DNA of 63,978 nucleotides, filler included, from Bigelowiella natans CCMP2755 (Eukaryota; Protista; Cercozoa): NCBI GenBank assembly GCA_000320545.1. It is 8 parts of 8 records of this genome, joined end to end, with 100 filler letters (N's around TTAATTAATTAA, not from the genome) between each part and the next. Parts side by side here need not be neighbours in the genome. Positions count along the whole stretch, not along the records: positions 1 to 15,807 come from ADNK01002665.1; 7 more parts are not named here. One strand, 5' to 3'. Shown piece by piece: positions 1 to 12,961 of this stretch (position 1 is its first letter; each line of letters starts with the position of its first letter). The notes under the pieces were generated by a model. It saw only the letters and a program-made list of their open reading frames with translations, ran no database searches and was not told where the DNA came from. The position numbers and the translations under genes were made by a program.

Positions 1-226
1 GTTTAAGCTGCTCACTCATCAATTTGTCAATCAATACTCCTATAACCAGCAACATGATGATGATGATGATGTACAGGTGGTGCAGAATCAGAAACCTATG
101 AAAGTTGTTTTGAGCAGAAGAAATAAGAAGAAGGTGCTGCTATCGTATGCAGATAGTGTTGATGTATGATCAAGTAACTTTTATTGTTTTGAATGCATTT
201 CCTTTATCACACATGTATTACGCGCG

Positions 227-265
<39 letters not shown>

Positions 266-566
266 GAGAGAGAGGGAAAGAGAGGGGGGGGGGGGGGGGG
301 GGGGGGTTTTTAAAATTTAAAAAATTTCCATTTACAACCCTTTATTTTGGGTGAAAAGAAAAAAAAAAAAATTGTCGAAAAAAAGTAAAATCTCCTCCCC
401 CCGTAAACAAATTAGAACCCCCTACGAAGATGAAGACAAATAATAGCATAGTTGTCTGTAAGGACGATAGAAAACTGGTTATTCTTTGTGTGCTAGTAGT
501 AGGAATTAGCATCAAAACTCAACATTCTGTCCATTTCTTATTACAATCACCTCCCAACACATGAAG

Positions 567-1219
567 TGAGAAAGACAGTGATATCGAAGACGATGGAGAA
601 GGATGGGGTGACTATGAAGGCGCATCAGACTGGGGCGATAATGATGATAATGATGATGACGATTCGAAAATGACGAATAACCCTAATGATGCCAACGCTA
701 CTGATTGGGGCGGTAATTATAAGTTCTTACAGATGATAAATCGAATAATTATTGTTGCTCTTATACAACACATATTCGCTCTCTATTATACTACTACTAC
801 TACGGCTAATACTACTACTACTACTTAATGTCGTTGCTACTTACTCTGATGTGGACGATTCCTTGCATTCGTTGATAGAACATCGTTTGCCTTACTACTC
901 TGCCACCACATTCGTTCTATTAATTATTTGCTACTAAATAGAGGATGATGATGATGAAAAAGAAGGACCAACAGTAAGCGGCACAAAGGTTGTGTGGCGT
1001 CTTGGAGCAATAATAGCGGAGGGTGGATGGTAGAGTAAGACGATTGACGATGATGATGATGATAGCAGAGGGTGAAGAATGAACTGATATATCTGACAAT
1101 GATTAATGCTGCCTATGTGTGTAGAATGTAGTAACAAAGAAGATTCCACCCCTCATGAGATCAAAAAGTGGAGGCACGCAGGTCATCCTACCATATAGAG
1201 AGAGGAGAAAGAGAGAGAG

Positions 1220-1261
<42 letters not shown>

Positions 1262-1464
1262 AGCAGCAGCAGCATTGCTAATAGTTATTATTTACCACTA
1301 CTTGTGTATAATTAATACTGTGTGGTGCTTCTTCTTTAGGTTTATCCGACTGGCTTTGTAGAGTTTGAGTTTGGAAAGCTAGTAGAAGAGGTGAACTCAA
1401 CGTATTATAATACTACTTCTTCGTCGTATATGTATAAGCGGTAATAATAATGATAATAATAATA

Positions 1465-1495
<31 letters not shown>

Positions 1496-1671
1496 GTAAC
1501 AGAGATCTGCTGTGGGTATTTAATCTATTTCAACCTAGAAGAGATTGAATTTTAGATAAAGTAGTAGCACGCACTCTAGGTCGTTCTTTTCTTTTGTACC
1601 TGAAGAAGTAGTAAAGGAATGTCACTACTTTGATGAGCTTCTGCGATTATAGGAGTTGCAACTTCCACTGA

Positions 1672-1718
<47 letters not shown>

Positions 1719-2749
1719 CTTCCACTGATTAGTATATATTTATTTATTTATGTTGTGTTACAGGTGATGGAAATCACAACTCTTTCGTATTCAGCGGCCT
1801 ACTCAGGTGATTATTAAATCTTCTTCATTGCCACCACTCATCATTGATGATGATACTGATTACTGGTGATAAATTGGTTGTTGTTGTTGTTCAGTGCTGA
1901 CTACCTTCCGCTGGGATAAGGACAAAGTATTTTCGTTGGTAAATCACTATATTTGCAGTTTTGAATTATGCACCGTCTCTCCAGCAATACCCATACCGAT
2001 CAACATCTCTCCTCCTTCTCCTCATTTCATCTTCTTCGTCTTCTTTTTGTTCTTCCCTATTTACTACTATATTAGTGGTTTTCAGAACCATCAAAAGTGT
2101 GCAGCCTAGCTGGTGTCAAATGGCCACGGCAAAACGATGATGGTGATAACAAGCGGAAAGATAAGGATAAAGAAGGGCAAAATGAGAAAGTTGTGCTCCT
2201 TACTCTTGATTTTGTACTTATGACCTAAAAGCAAGCATAAAATCCTGGTGATAGTATCGAATTAGCAGAATGTTTGCCTCCCCTCCCTCCATAAAATCCT
2301 GAGGCTGATAGTAGTATCGAATTAGGCCAAGCATAAAATCATGCTGATAGTAGTATCGAATAAGCAGAGTGTTTGCCTCCTCCTCCTAGTCAGCGTTGCT
2401 GTTGTTGTTGTTGTTGTTGTCATCGTAATAATCACCACCTTCAATCACCACGTACTAGGAATGTCCCCTTTGCTTTTGTCCTGCCGATGAGCTGCTATCT
2501 CTAGCATGTGGCCATGAGTGAGTGAATAAGAAAGGATGATGCGGCAATTATTAGTACTACATTTATGACGTTGTTGTTGATAGATATTGCACGGATTGCT
2601 GGAAAAACTGGATTAATGCTGAGTATGATAAGGTGCAAATGGCAACAATAGTAGTAGTTGTAGTTCTAGTTGTTTGTTGTAGCAATAGTGATGGAGGAGT
2701 AGGAGATATCTGCAGTGACATTCCAGTTTTATGATTTACAGAATGGATA

Positions 2750-2785
<36 letters not shown>

Positions 2786-2958
2786 TTATAAGGGACCTTC
2801 AATGGTGTGGAGCAAGTGTATTACACATAAGTGTAAGCACGTAATCGATGATAAGATATTTGCAAGGTTTCTGGCTGAGGAAAGGTAGTAATTACGAATG
2901 ACCATACATTCATCCATAAGTCAGCACCATGTATATATGTATATATACATATATATAT

Positions 2959-3002
<44 letters not shown>

Positions 3003-3120
3003 TTGTTTTCTCCTTGGAGTGTCCTGAAATTGATGACGATAAACTGTTTCCGGATATATGTGTGTAATCATATCACTAGAACGACGAAGAAGTTTCTCAT
3101 GTACCTCCGGTGGCAGTTAT

Positions 3121-3155
<35 letters not shown>

Positions 3156-3583
3156 TTTCTGCTATGCTTGATTACTATTAGAAATTGCTTTCTTATTTAT
3201 GTTTCTACGAGAGTACTTTTTCTACATTTAGTGATTACAAGAACAACAATCGATGATTAAGTGGATGCTCAAAACAACAGACGAATTATTATGGGATGGG
3301 GGAAGAGGGGGGAACGGAGAAGATAAAGATAATGATTGCTATAGTAATCACTTGTTACAAAGCCGCAATAACATCTATTATGATGATATCAGAAATTCTG
3401 TAGTTGATTCTGTACGTGATCTTAAGTGGTGTCCCGCACCTGGCTGCGACAAGGTACTACTACTACAACTTTTATTATGTATGAGTATTCATTTATCACT
3501 TCTCTTCTTATTGTTGTTGTTGAAAACTACTCCTCTACTACTATTACTATTCGTCGTAGCAGTCATGTTGTGAATGCAACACA

Positions 3584-3618
<35 letters not shown>

Positions 3619-3757
3619 CCATCATAATCATAATCCCAATCAACTCGAATGCTACTTATTACTCGAGATGGCTTTACCATTCTTTCATCATGATTTAGGT
3701 GATTAAGAGCGTCTCTGCTTCCACGAAAGCTATCAGATGCGTATGTGGGTATGTGTG

Positions 3758-3791
<34 letters not shown>

Positions 3792-4309
3792 AACCTTTGC
3801 ATTTATGGTGTTGAAGAAATAGCGAGCATGGATGATGGAAGCACCAAATTGCAAGATCATGAAATGAGCAGATAAACGAGATTATACATATAACCATGAC
3901 ATTCATAGGCAGATTCATCGGTATTTCGCTGTACCTCCTCGTTTCCCTCATTTTCCAAGTTTTTGTCCCACATATATCCATCAAAAACACACAGGTTTTC
4001 GTGGTGTTTTGCTTGTTCAAGTGAAGATCATCGTCCTTGTTCTTGTGAGGTAGTAGCTTGTTAGAGTATTCGCATCATCATCATTACAATAAGATACTAC
4101 AACGTTGAGAATATAGTAGAAAAGAGGAGGCATGACGAGAATATGGATTAAGGAATAGTAGTAGGTTTTGATTGATATGTGAAGATGATGACACATGAAC
4201 GGCAAAGAAAGATCGTATAAAAATGCACAACGTTAGGCAGTATATGATGTTGTTTCCAATATTTGAATTTGCAGTAGTAAGTGTAAAGCAGCATGCCTTC
4301 CTCGAATAT

Positions 4310-4343
<34 letters not shown>

Positions 4344-5572
4344 CGATGACAATTTAGGGTTGGCTGTTGTTCCTAAATGGTAGTCCTCCTTTTCAGTAAA
4401 AGTGTATATTATCTAATAGGACTGGAAGTTGTGGGTAAACAAGCTCGGATCAGAGTCAGAAAATGTGAATTGGATCTTGGCAAATACGAAGATTTGTCCA
4501 AAGTGTAAAGTCCATATTGAAAAGAATCAGGTTGTAGTTATAGTAGTAGTAGTGGTAGTGGTAGTGGTAGTGGTAGTATTAGTAGCAGCAGCAATACTTT
4601 ATTACAGATATAGAAACCACTGCACAGAATCTTCTTCTTCATAAGAATTATGTTTGTTATATCTAACTCTCACCCCAACAAATATGTTTTCTTTGTTTTC
4701 AAGCACAGATATGATATGTGAAAATGTCACTATATTATCATCATCACTGATTTTCCTCATCATTTCTACTCCTTCCTTCTTTCTCTTCTTTTTCTTCGTC
4801 AAAACAGGGATGTAACCATATGACTTGTCGCAAATGTAGACATGAGTTCTGCTGGATTTGCAAAGTAATAACAATACATTCTTTCTCCTCAATGGTTACA
4901 ATGCTGCTGCTGCTGTTTCATTGAGCATCATTCCTTGCTGTTGCATGTACTACTCAACTAAATAACTGCGTTACTATTAGTTGTTACCATCACATAATAA
5001 TTCCCTATTATAATTATTTTTACGTGATATACGACTACTACTTTCGTTGTCATATTGGTATCATCATCCCATGCCTCAATCAGGGTGAGTGGCGCTCTCA
5101 TAGAGGCTGTGGAGGCATAAAATACGAGCAGAAGAAAGAGGAAGAGAATGCTTTGAAAGCAAAGACAGAGCTATCGAAGTACATGTACTACGTTACGAGG
5201 TGGGAAATAATGAAAGCTCACCAGCCTTCATGCTACTTTGATCGCAGTATTGATGCTATTGTTTATTGATATATGCACGTAAAGGTATGAAGCACATGAA
5301 AAATCGATGAAATTTGCTCAAGATCAATTAGATGGTTGTAACAAAAGGTAGGTAGGTTGGTAGGTAGGTAGTGTTAGGATATTGTTGATATTTGCTAGTA
5401 TTTAACAAAATAAGAAGAACAGCTCTCAACAGGAACCAGCAATGAATCAATCAATCAACCAACCAACCAATCAATTGTCGCTGCTTTTATCTTATGTATT
5501 TTTTGGTTTAACAACTATTATATAACTAGACTTGCAGAACTACGAAGTGTTATGCCACATGCTAGATTAAAG

Positions 5573-5605
<33 letters not shown>

Positions 5606-5760
5606 TGTTGTTGCTCATTCAACATCCAAATAATTCGTTTGTTGAAGAATTATTTGGCGCAGAAGTATTGCTAATGTTGCTATTGCTGCTGCTGCTGCTG
5701 CATAGGTGGTGCTAGATGTGGTATGCTATCGCGATGCCTTTGTCCATCGTTGTTACGTGC

Positions 5761-5798
<38 letters not shown>

Positions 5799-7483
5799 CC
5801 ACGAACAACGATATTAGGGTGAAATAGCAATTTATGGACGATGATCATCATCAGGATGTGGTGTTTTTATGACGGATTATCATCAGGATGTTCAGTTTTA
5901 TGAAGAAGCTTTACGTCAAATAGTAGACTGTAGAAGATCGCTAATGTGTGTCTATGCTTATGGTTACTTCTCTAAGGTGGTAGTAGTAGTATTATAGTAG
6001 TAGCGTCACCATATAGAAAAGTAGTAGTAGTAGTAGTAGTAGTAGCACGTCGTTGCATTAACAAAAGAAGATGATTCTTGCACGAAAAATAATATTTATG
6101 AATGTCGGAGAAATAATGGTGGTGCGACATACAGATTTTGCTCACATATACAAACACATAGAATACGCGCCTTTGTTCTCGAGTCGTTATTCCACCTTTA
6201 AAAGAAAACACAGTTGGTTTGATACCGATTGTAGAAAGAGCAAGAATTATATTAACATAGACAACGAATCTTCAATGTCTTCTCTTATTCTTACTGCCTT
6301 TGTTTAGCTGCCAAAGAATAATTCAGAGTCAAAGTTGTTTGAAATGTCTCTGGAAACACTTGAGGTATTTGCAGCAATGAGCGCACAAAGATGCTGCTCC
6401 TTTCAATTGTGTATGCAGTTTAAATCGTGAACATAGATCCAAAAAGACAGTAAAGTTCGTTCAAATCTAGGTTCCTTACAATTTAATAATTCTACAGGAA
6501 ATTACTGACCAGCTGCAGGAAGGAGTCGAAAAGTAGTAGTTAGTGCGTAGTCGTAGTGTTTTGAATACAGAGGCTCTATAATTGGAACTTTTTTAATACC
6601 TTAAAATATGGCCATGCTTGGTATCCTCCAATTTCTTCTGTGTTTTCTTTGTTGTTCTATGAAATTAGACCAACAAAAATGTTAGCGGATTCTCAAGTTC
6701 GAATGAAGATCATGCGGATGACGCAAGCAATCAATACCTATCGGGAAAATATGCTTGGGTAGTAATTCATGATATGTTTGTACATTGAAAGAATCAAATG
6801 TGTAAATGAGAGGTAAGTTGACATCGTGGCATTGTCCTAACACATGTTCCACTTTTTCACATTGTGCAGTCACTGCATCAATCTTGCGGCATATCACATC
6901 ACCTCATCATCTAAGAGTGGTAAAAAAGAAACAAATAAGTCTGCTAAAGGCATTGGGGGGAGATCCATCGAGAAAAGACGAAGAAGAAGATGATGAGAAA
7001 CTGATGATGGACGCTGATCGTGCGGATGCATGTCAAATGTGGTTAGACATGCACGCCAATGAAATCTGGTTGTGCTCCATTCATTCACTTGTGAGTCACT
7101 TGCGAGATGCAATCCCACTGTTCTCATTTAGACAGAACCTCTCATTGCTAGATTCCGCGGCGAGTGAGTGGCACTGCAAAAAGCAGCAACAGCATGCGCA
7201 AACACAAATGTTTGTTGCGCTTGCTTCATTGGCCACAAACCCATTCCAAACGCGGCAAATGACACAACATTGCAAAGCACACGTGTTGTGGACCAAAAAC
7301 AACAAATGTCAAATCCACCACCAAAGCGTCGTTGATGCTTGCGCTCATCAAACTCAGACTGGAAAACTTGTGATTCTTGAACTGATCAACCATGCACGTC
7401 CATCAAACAAAAAATTCCACAATTGCCTCAATCCCGGCAAAATCCAGACCACGTGCAAATCACGTTCTCCAACAACTGCTTGA
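567..7483 (+). CDS. Ariadne-family RBR E3 ubiquitin ligase (many exons; 5' and 3' ends uncertain)
   Basis: Spliced exons give an acidic N-terminus, RING1 ([29 protein letters not shown], ~2460-2630), IBR ([11 protein letters not shown]; [15 protein letters not shown]), RING2 ([39 protein letters not shown], ~4420-4862) and an Ariadne domain ([22 protein letters not shown]; [10 protein letters not shown]). The end given is the first in-frame stop of the best-fitting last-exon frame. Confidence 0.9.
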
Positions 7484-7544
7484 CCTGCCCACAAAGTGCT
7501 CTGCCAAAAAAAACTTTGTGATGCGAGCGAGTTTCAAAAGTTGA

Positions 7545-8073
7545 GGGTCAGCGTCAGGGTTTTCCCCTGGGCCACGACCAAAGTGACGATCGAAACGAGG
7601 GTCAAAGTGAGGGAAACTGGTCGCAAAAACCGACCAGGGTTTTTTTCAGGGCAAAAGTGAGGACCGAAGTCACGGAAAGTGGTGAGGGTTTTGGGTCAGG
7701 CTGGCAGGGCTGGGATGAGGGTCAGAGTCACGGTTTTTGGTGGGGAGTTTGGACCAGGGTTTGGGTGAGGGTTGGGATGAGCACCAGGATCAGCATTGCT
7801 AGATTGGGACCAGGGGTGAAACGAGGAGAACAAGTCAGGACCAGTTTCAGGAACGAAACCAGGGCCAAAGTCAGGGCTGCGACAAGGGTCAGAATCAGGG
7901 TTGAAATCACGGCCAAAGTGAGGACAGGGTCAGGACCAGGGTCGAAGTCACGGCGAAAGTCAGGACCGCGACAAGGGTCAGGACCAGGGTCGAGGTCACG
8001 GCGAAAGTCAGGACTGCGACAAGGACAAAAGTCAGGGCTGGGGTGAGGGCTGGGATGAGGGTTGGGATGAGGG
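7545..8073 (+). repeat. Degenerate telomere-like (TTAGGG-variant) tract with an internal ~48-bp tandem duplication
   Basis: Runs of TCAGGG/TGAGGG/CCAGGG/TTGGG and no intact TTAGGG. The unit agggtcaggaccagggtcgaagtcacggcgaaagtcaggac occurs twice (one mismatch) at ~7926-8020. Confidence 0.6.
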
Positions 8074-9617
8074 AAACTTTCACGGGTGCTGTCGCGCTCA
8101 CTCTGGAGTGCACATCGCCCTCGTCAGCGGCGTGTGCCAATGGGGATGTGCCGAGCACGCATTTGCTCTCAGCTGACGAGTTGAGACACGTGGCCCTGCC
8201 GACAGGAGGTTCCCGTGCTTTGCCTTTGCACCGGGCCTGTCGAGACAGCGATCCACGATTTTGTCGTCCTGCGCTGAATCGGGCATTGGGATGCACGCAT
8301 GCATCGCTGCTGCGTCAATAAGAGGCGGTTGAACGTGGTTCACAAAAGCGTTGATGAAACTTGAACTGTTGTTTGCAGTTGTGGTGTTTGAGTTGTTGTG
8401 TTGCCTTTTGAGTTGTGTGTGCATGCAAGCAGGCTCAAGTTGCGCGTGCGGCTCCGAGAAAGCTTTCACTTGCAATGCGATTGTGCGTTGGTTTCACTGT
8501 GCGTCGTCCCGACGCCTTTGTCGTGCTGCACGAACGCAGCGATGTGCAGAACGTTCCTGGACTTGTCCGAGAATGCGGCCAGTCCGAGGAACAACGAAGG
8601 AACTTTCCAAGAACACAAGAGCAGCGAGCTGCGCGTTCTCGGACCGTTCCTCGCTGGCACGTGCGACACACGTGCCGTGAGACGTCCTGGGACGTTGTGT
8701 GTCGCGAGTCACGCACAGTCTTTGCGACTTTTTTCTGGGATTCTTCCCCCAACTGCTCCACCTCAATTTCATTTCTTTTCCTGAAACACTTCATCGCAAG
8801 TGCAAATGGACAACGGATGTCGCTCTGCCTGTCCGACTGTGGCGTGCAAACTGAGCGCCACACCCCCCCCCCTTCACAAAAAAAATCGCCAAGCACGCGC
8901 TCGATCTTCGTTGAGCAGCGCAATGAAATCGCAAAGCGGCGCGACGTGAGGGTGTCTTCTGGAGGTCGTCTTTGACAAAAAGGCAGAGAGCGCTTTGTGT
9001 GTGCACCTCTCGTGCACGACACAAAAACTGCGTGTTGCAAAGGGCACGCTTGGTTGTGCCGTGTCCTGCTGACACGATGTGTTCTTGAGGCCCTCGATCG
9101 TGGTGAGGGCTGTGCTTTGGTCAGCAGTTTCACAATTGTGAACTTGCGGGTGTGACAGGTCGGCCGTTGGAAGGGATCGACAAAAAGAAACGGAGCCGTT
9201 GTTGTCGAGCACAAGCGTGTCTCAGCTGGTTTGCGGCTCCGAAGAAAAGCAAAGGACTCAATTCAGTGCGAAAGTTCTTGAAGTTTCCACGGAATGCGGC
9301 TCCGAGGAAGAACAAAGGACTTCGATGAGTGAGCAGCTGGGGAAGTTGAAGATGCGACACGAATGAACGAAAATTCATTGATCAAATCAGGCGATTTTCT
9401 GCAAGAAAGCTTGCAATTCCTGAACTTTCCCAACCAGCGCTGAGAGCGTTCAGGGCTAGAGGGGGTGCCTTTTCCATTTTTTTTTTTTTCTTGCTGCACT
9501 GGGTTCCGCGGCACGAGAAAGGGCTTGCTCAGTTTTCAAAGACCCCACAGCCCCGCGGGCTGCACCGCCACGGCAGGGGAGGGTTCAACTCCCTCCGGGG
9601 CCTTCGGCACTTCTTTG

Positions 9618-10050
9618 ATGAGGAGCCCTCCTTCCTTCCTTGCTTCCCTTCTTTCTTTCTTGGTCCCCTCCTCACTTGCTTGTTTTCAAAAGGAAGGCAA
9701 CATGGGGTTTCACCTCCTCACTTGCTTGATTTCGGAAGGAAGGCAGCATCGGGTTTTGCCTCCTCACTTGCTTGCTTTCCAAAGGAAGGTGAGATCAAGG
9801 AGGAGCTTTCCTTCCTTCCTTGCTTCCCCTCTTGCTTTCTTGGCCACCTCCTCATTCACTTGTTTTCAAGAGGAAGGCAATGTGGGGTTTCACCTCCTCG
9901 CTTGCTTGATTTCGGGAGGAAGGTGACATCGGGTTTCACCTCCTCACTTGCTTGATTTTGGAAGGAAGGCAACATCGGGTTTCACCTCCTCACTTGCTTG
10001 ATCTTGGAAGGAAGGCAATGTCAGGTTTTGCCTCCTCACTCACTTGCTTT
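9618..10050. repeat. 46-bp minisatellite within a ~180-bp higher-order duplication
   Basis: The unit GGAAGG-CAACAT-CGGGTTT-CA-CCTCCTCACTTGCTTGATTTC recurs with diagnostic cores at 9697, 9743, 9877, 9923, 9969 and 10015. The block starting at ~9618 is repeated 180 bp later. Confidence 0.9.
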
Positions 10051-11998
10051 CTTCTTGCTCTGTTGCTTTCTTCCTTGCTCACTCGTTTTTCTTCTGGTTT
10101 CGTGCTTTCCCTTTTCTTGTTCAGAAGGGCACGAAGACTGTCCGCCGCTGAGTGCTCATTCCTGAACACAGAACATCTCCTCCAAAGGTGCATCCAATGC
10201 TGCTTGTGCTGTGTGGCTTTGCTGTTTTCTTGCTTTTTCCACGTTGCATTTCTGAAGTGCTCTTGACATCTCTTGGAATTCAGATGCCAGGAATCCAAAC
10301 TTCCTTGAGAAGTCAGGAGGAAGTGGGACCGGAGAGGCAAGTGGTCACGTTCTGCTTTCCTTCTTGCCTTCTTGGTCTCTCACTTTCCCTTTTGACGTTT
10401 TGCTTTCCTTTCAACTTCGTGTGGTTTTTTTTTCATTTTCTCCTGCTTTCTTCCCTTCTCTCTCTTTCTCACGTTTTTCCTTTGGTTTGTGTCAGGAACG
10501 ACAGCAGCAGCAGTGTCTGCAGTGGTGGTGCGACTTGGCCATGGAACAGGCACTGCTTCACTTGATCGCGCGGTGGCAGCCCCCACGTCATTGTCAGCAG
10601 TGTCGTCAGCAGCAGCAGTGGCAGCAGTGGAAGCTGCTGTTTGATTTTTCATTCCTTTTGTTTTGTTCTCAAACGCAGCAGCATTGGCTCCCAAATCAGC
10701 ACTGTGCCCCCTGGCCACGATCGCCAACGAGCGAATGGCTGCCGGTGCTGCTGTCGAACCCGCCGCAGGCCGCTGCTGTTGCTGGGACGGCGAGCGAATT
10801 TGAGCTTGCGCTGGACCGGCGCAGCCACAAATTGTGTGAACTTGCACAAGTGCAAACTTGAACAAAACCCTGATTGCAAATGGAAACATGGAGGATTGCA
10901 TGCACACAAACATCACACGCAAGAAGCCATTCTCACCGCACTGCCTGGCGGGCACCTTCAAGTTTGAGGTGCTCGTGCAGATTGTGCTGCTGCGCGCACG
11001 CAGTCGTGTGTCGGGCACACGCCCGACACACACGTGCACACGCTCACATGCATGTCATTTGCTTCACTGAAAAAAACCAATCAGTGTCCAACCAACTGAA
11101 TGTCGCATGCTGCCAAAACGGCTGAACTGCTTGTGGTCGCTCTTTGCACTTGGCATGTTGCATCTCATGATGCCCTTGACAAGTCCATCGGCCACTTGAT
11201 GGGGTTGACAATGTGTTGCCAAACGTGTTGCCCACACGTCGGCCCCACCCCCCACCGCAGCTGCATCGACATGCTGCAATGCATGTCGACATTTCACTGC
11301 ATCGCTCATTGGACAGGCCGCACTTCTTCCGGAAAGCCCCACATCTTCACTGGCGCACCGGAGAAGTCTCCTCATGGTTCACATGGATCCGCGTCGCACC
11401 GTTGCGGAGGGCACATCACGTGCCCACGTGGTGCTGGGGTGATCGTGGCGCATCTTCACGGACGGAGACTGTGCCACTGGCGGCGGCGGAGCATTTGGGC
11501 AATGATTCGCGTGGCTGGAAGGAGCATTGTCATGTCCCATGGTTGTGTTGAGGGGGGACGGCGACATCGACATTTTTCATTCACTTTTCGCACAGATGCA
11601 GTCCAAGTGGTCTTGGCCAGGAAACTTCATCTGATGTTTTTTCTCAGGCTGCCACACAGGGCTTGCATCCAATCACGAGCTTTGCAGCTGGGGCTTGCTG
11701 CTGTTCCTGCCGTTGGGGTCTCAGCAAGCTGGTGCAGAGGAATGGCAATGTGTGTTCCTGTGGCAATGGTTGCAGTGGAAGCAGCAGTGGTGGTGGCTGC
11801 AGCCACAGCAGCTCAAGCTGCGAAGTGTTGCATTTCAGCACCCATCAGGTCGCCCTTTTCCCTCTCTCACGTGCATGCGACTTGTTCACTTCATCCCTCC
11901 CCTTTTCTCTTCGCTGCTGCCGCTGTTCTGCTGTGTGTTCGAAATGCAGTGCCTCGAACTGGCTTCAGTGAGGACTGTGCTCTGCCCCTGTTCGGCAG

Positions 11999-12961
11999 CA
12001 AGGGGGGTTCACTCCCACGGGTTTTGGTCCGTGTCGTGCTCGGAATCCACTCCAAACTTCTTCCGAAGCACCACAGAAGACTTCTGGACGTGTGAGAAGG
12101 TCCAGAATTGTCCAGAAAGGGGTGCAAAAAAGTGGATTTTCAAGGAAAAAAATCGAGGGCAAAAACTTTGGGTGCCGCGGAAAGGGTCCACTTTGCGTGT
12201 TGGCTCAAAAAAACATGCTCAGAGGCCGTGTCAACAGCAACTCCATCACCTCCAGAAGTTCCACTCCAAAATTCGCAAAATTGAACGTTTCCGCGCCAAA
12301 AAGGTGCTTTTTTTTTGTGGTTTTGACTCAGGTGAGTTTTCGATGTGTGGCTCCTAGCGGCCTGCACGGTGCCGATGCGGCAATCAATGAAGCTGGATGT
12401 GATGCGCGACGCGCAGCTCCAGAGCTGCTTGGGATTGGACGCACGAGCAAGACGTGTGGGCACGATGGCGCACACTGCCAGACTGGCACACTTTGTGCGT
12501 GCCCAGCGCGCGCGCACGCAAGCACTCACAGCTTCCCACTCTGATGCACACTTGTCACTTGATCATCAAATTGAAGCTAGACACGTCGCGACGTCGCGCA
12601 CGACTGGATGATCGACGCTGCGCACGTGATCAGTCACACACGCTGGTGCACACATCGATGGGAAGGGCGGGAATGATGAACAATGAACGATGAACAAAGC
12701 ATTGATCAAATCTGCATGCGCCAGGGAAGTGGGTTGGGCACATCTGAGACATCCCAGTGACTCGATGCCAAGAGTTCCGCCAATGTGCATCTTGGGCAAT
12801 TTCACTGGACACTTTGTGGATGGTTTTTGAAGAAAACATTGAGGAATTTGAACAAAATTTGCATTTTTTTGGGTGAAATCGAAAAAATTTTCCCGGCTGA
12901 CGCCGGGGCAAAACCGCCGAGCATGACACGGACCAAAACCCGTGGGAGTGAACCCCCCTTG
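11999..12961. mobile_element. Non-autonomous DNA transposon (MITE-like; hAT/P-type 8-bp TSD), 963 bp
   Basis: 45-bp TIRs CAAGGGGGGTTCACTCCCACGGGTTTTGGTCCGTGTC(G/A)TGCTCGG at 11999-12043 and 12917-12961 (1 mismatch). Flanked by a perfect 8-bp TSD, TTCGGCAG, at 11991-11998 and 12962-12969. No recognisable transposase. Confidence 0.92.

Noticed and set aside
752-6307. Poly-[12 protein letters not shown] and RERE ORFs here and throughout the window
   Set aside because: These are translations of intronic microsatellites.
9618-10050. Repeat array as CRISPR or as a coding repeat
   Set aside because: Tandem units without unique spacers, no cas genes, eukaryotic context, and the 46-bp period is not a multiple of three.
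7657-12700. Dense stack of overlapping 100-330 aa ORFs on both strands
   Set aside because: TpA loss removes TAA/TAG stops and Tyr codons, so long Tyr-free ORFs arise by chance. None has a recognisable domain.
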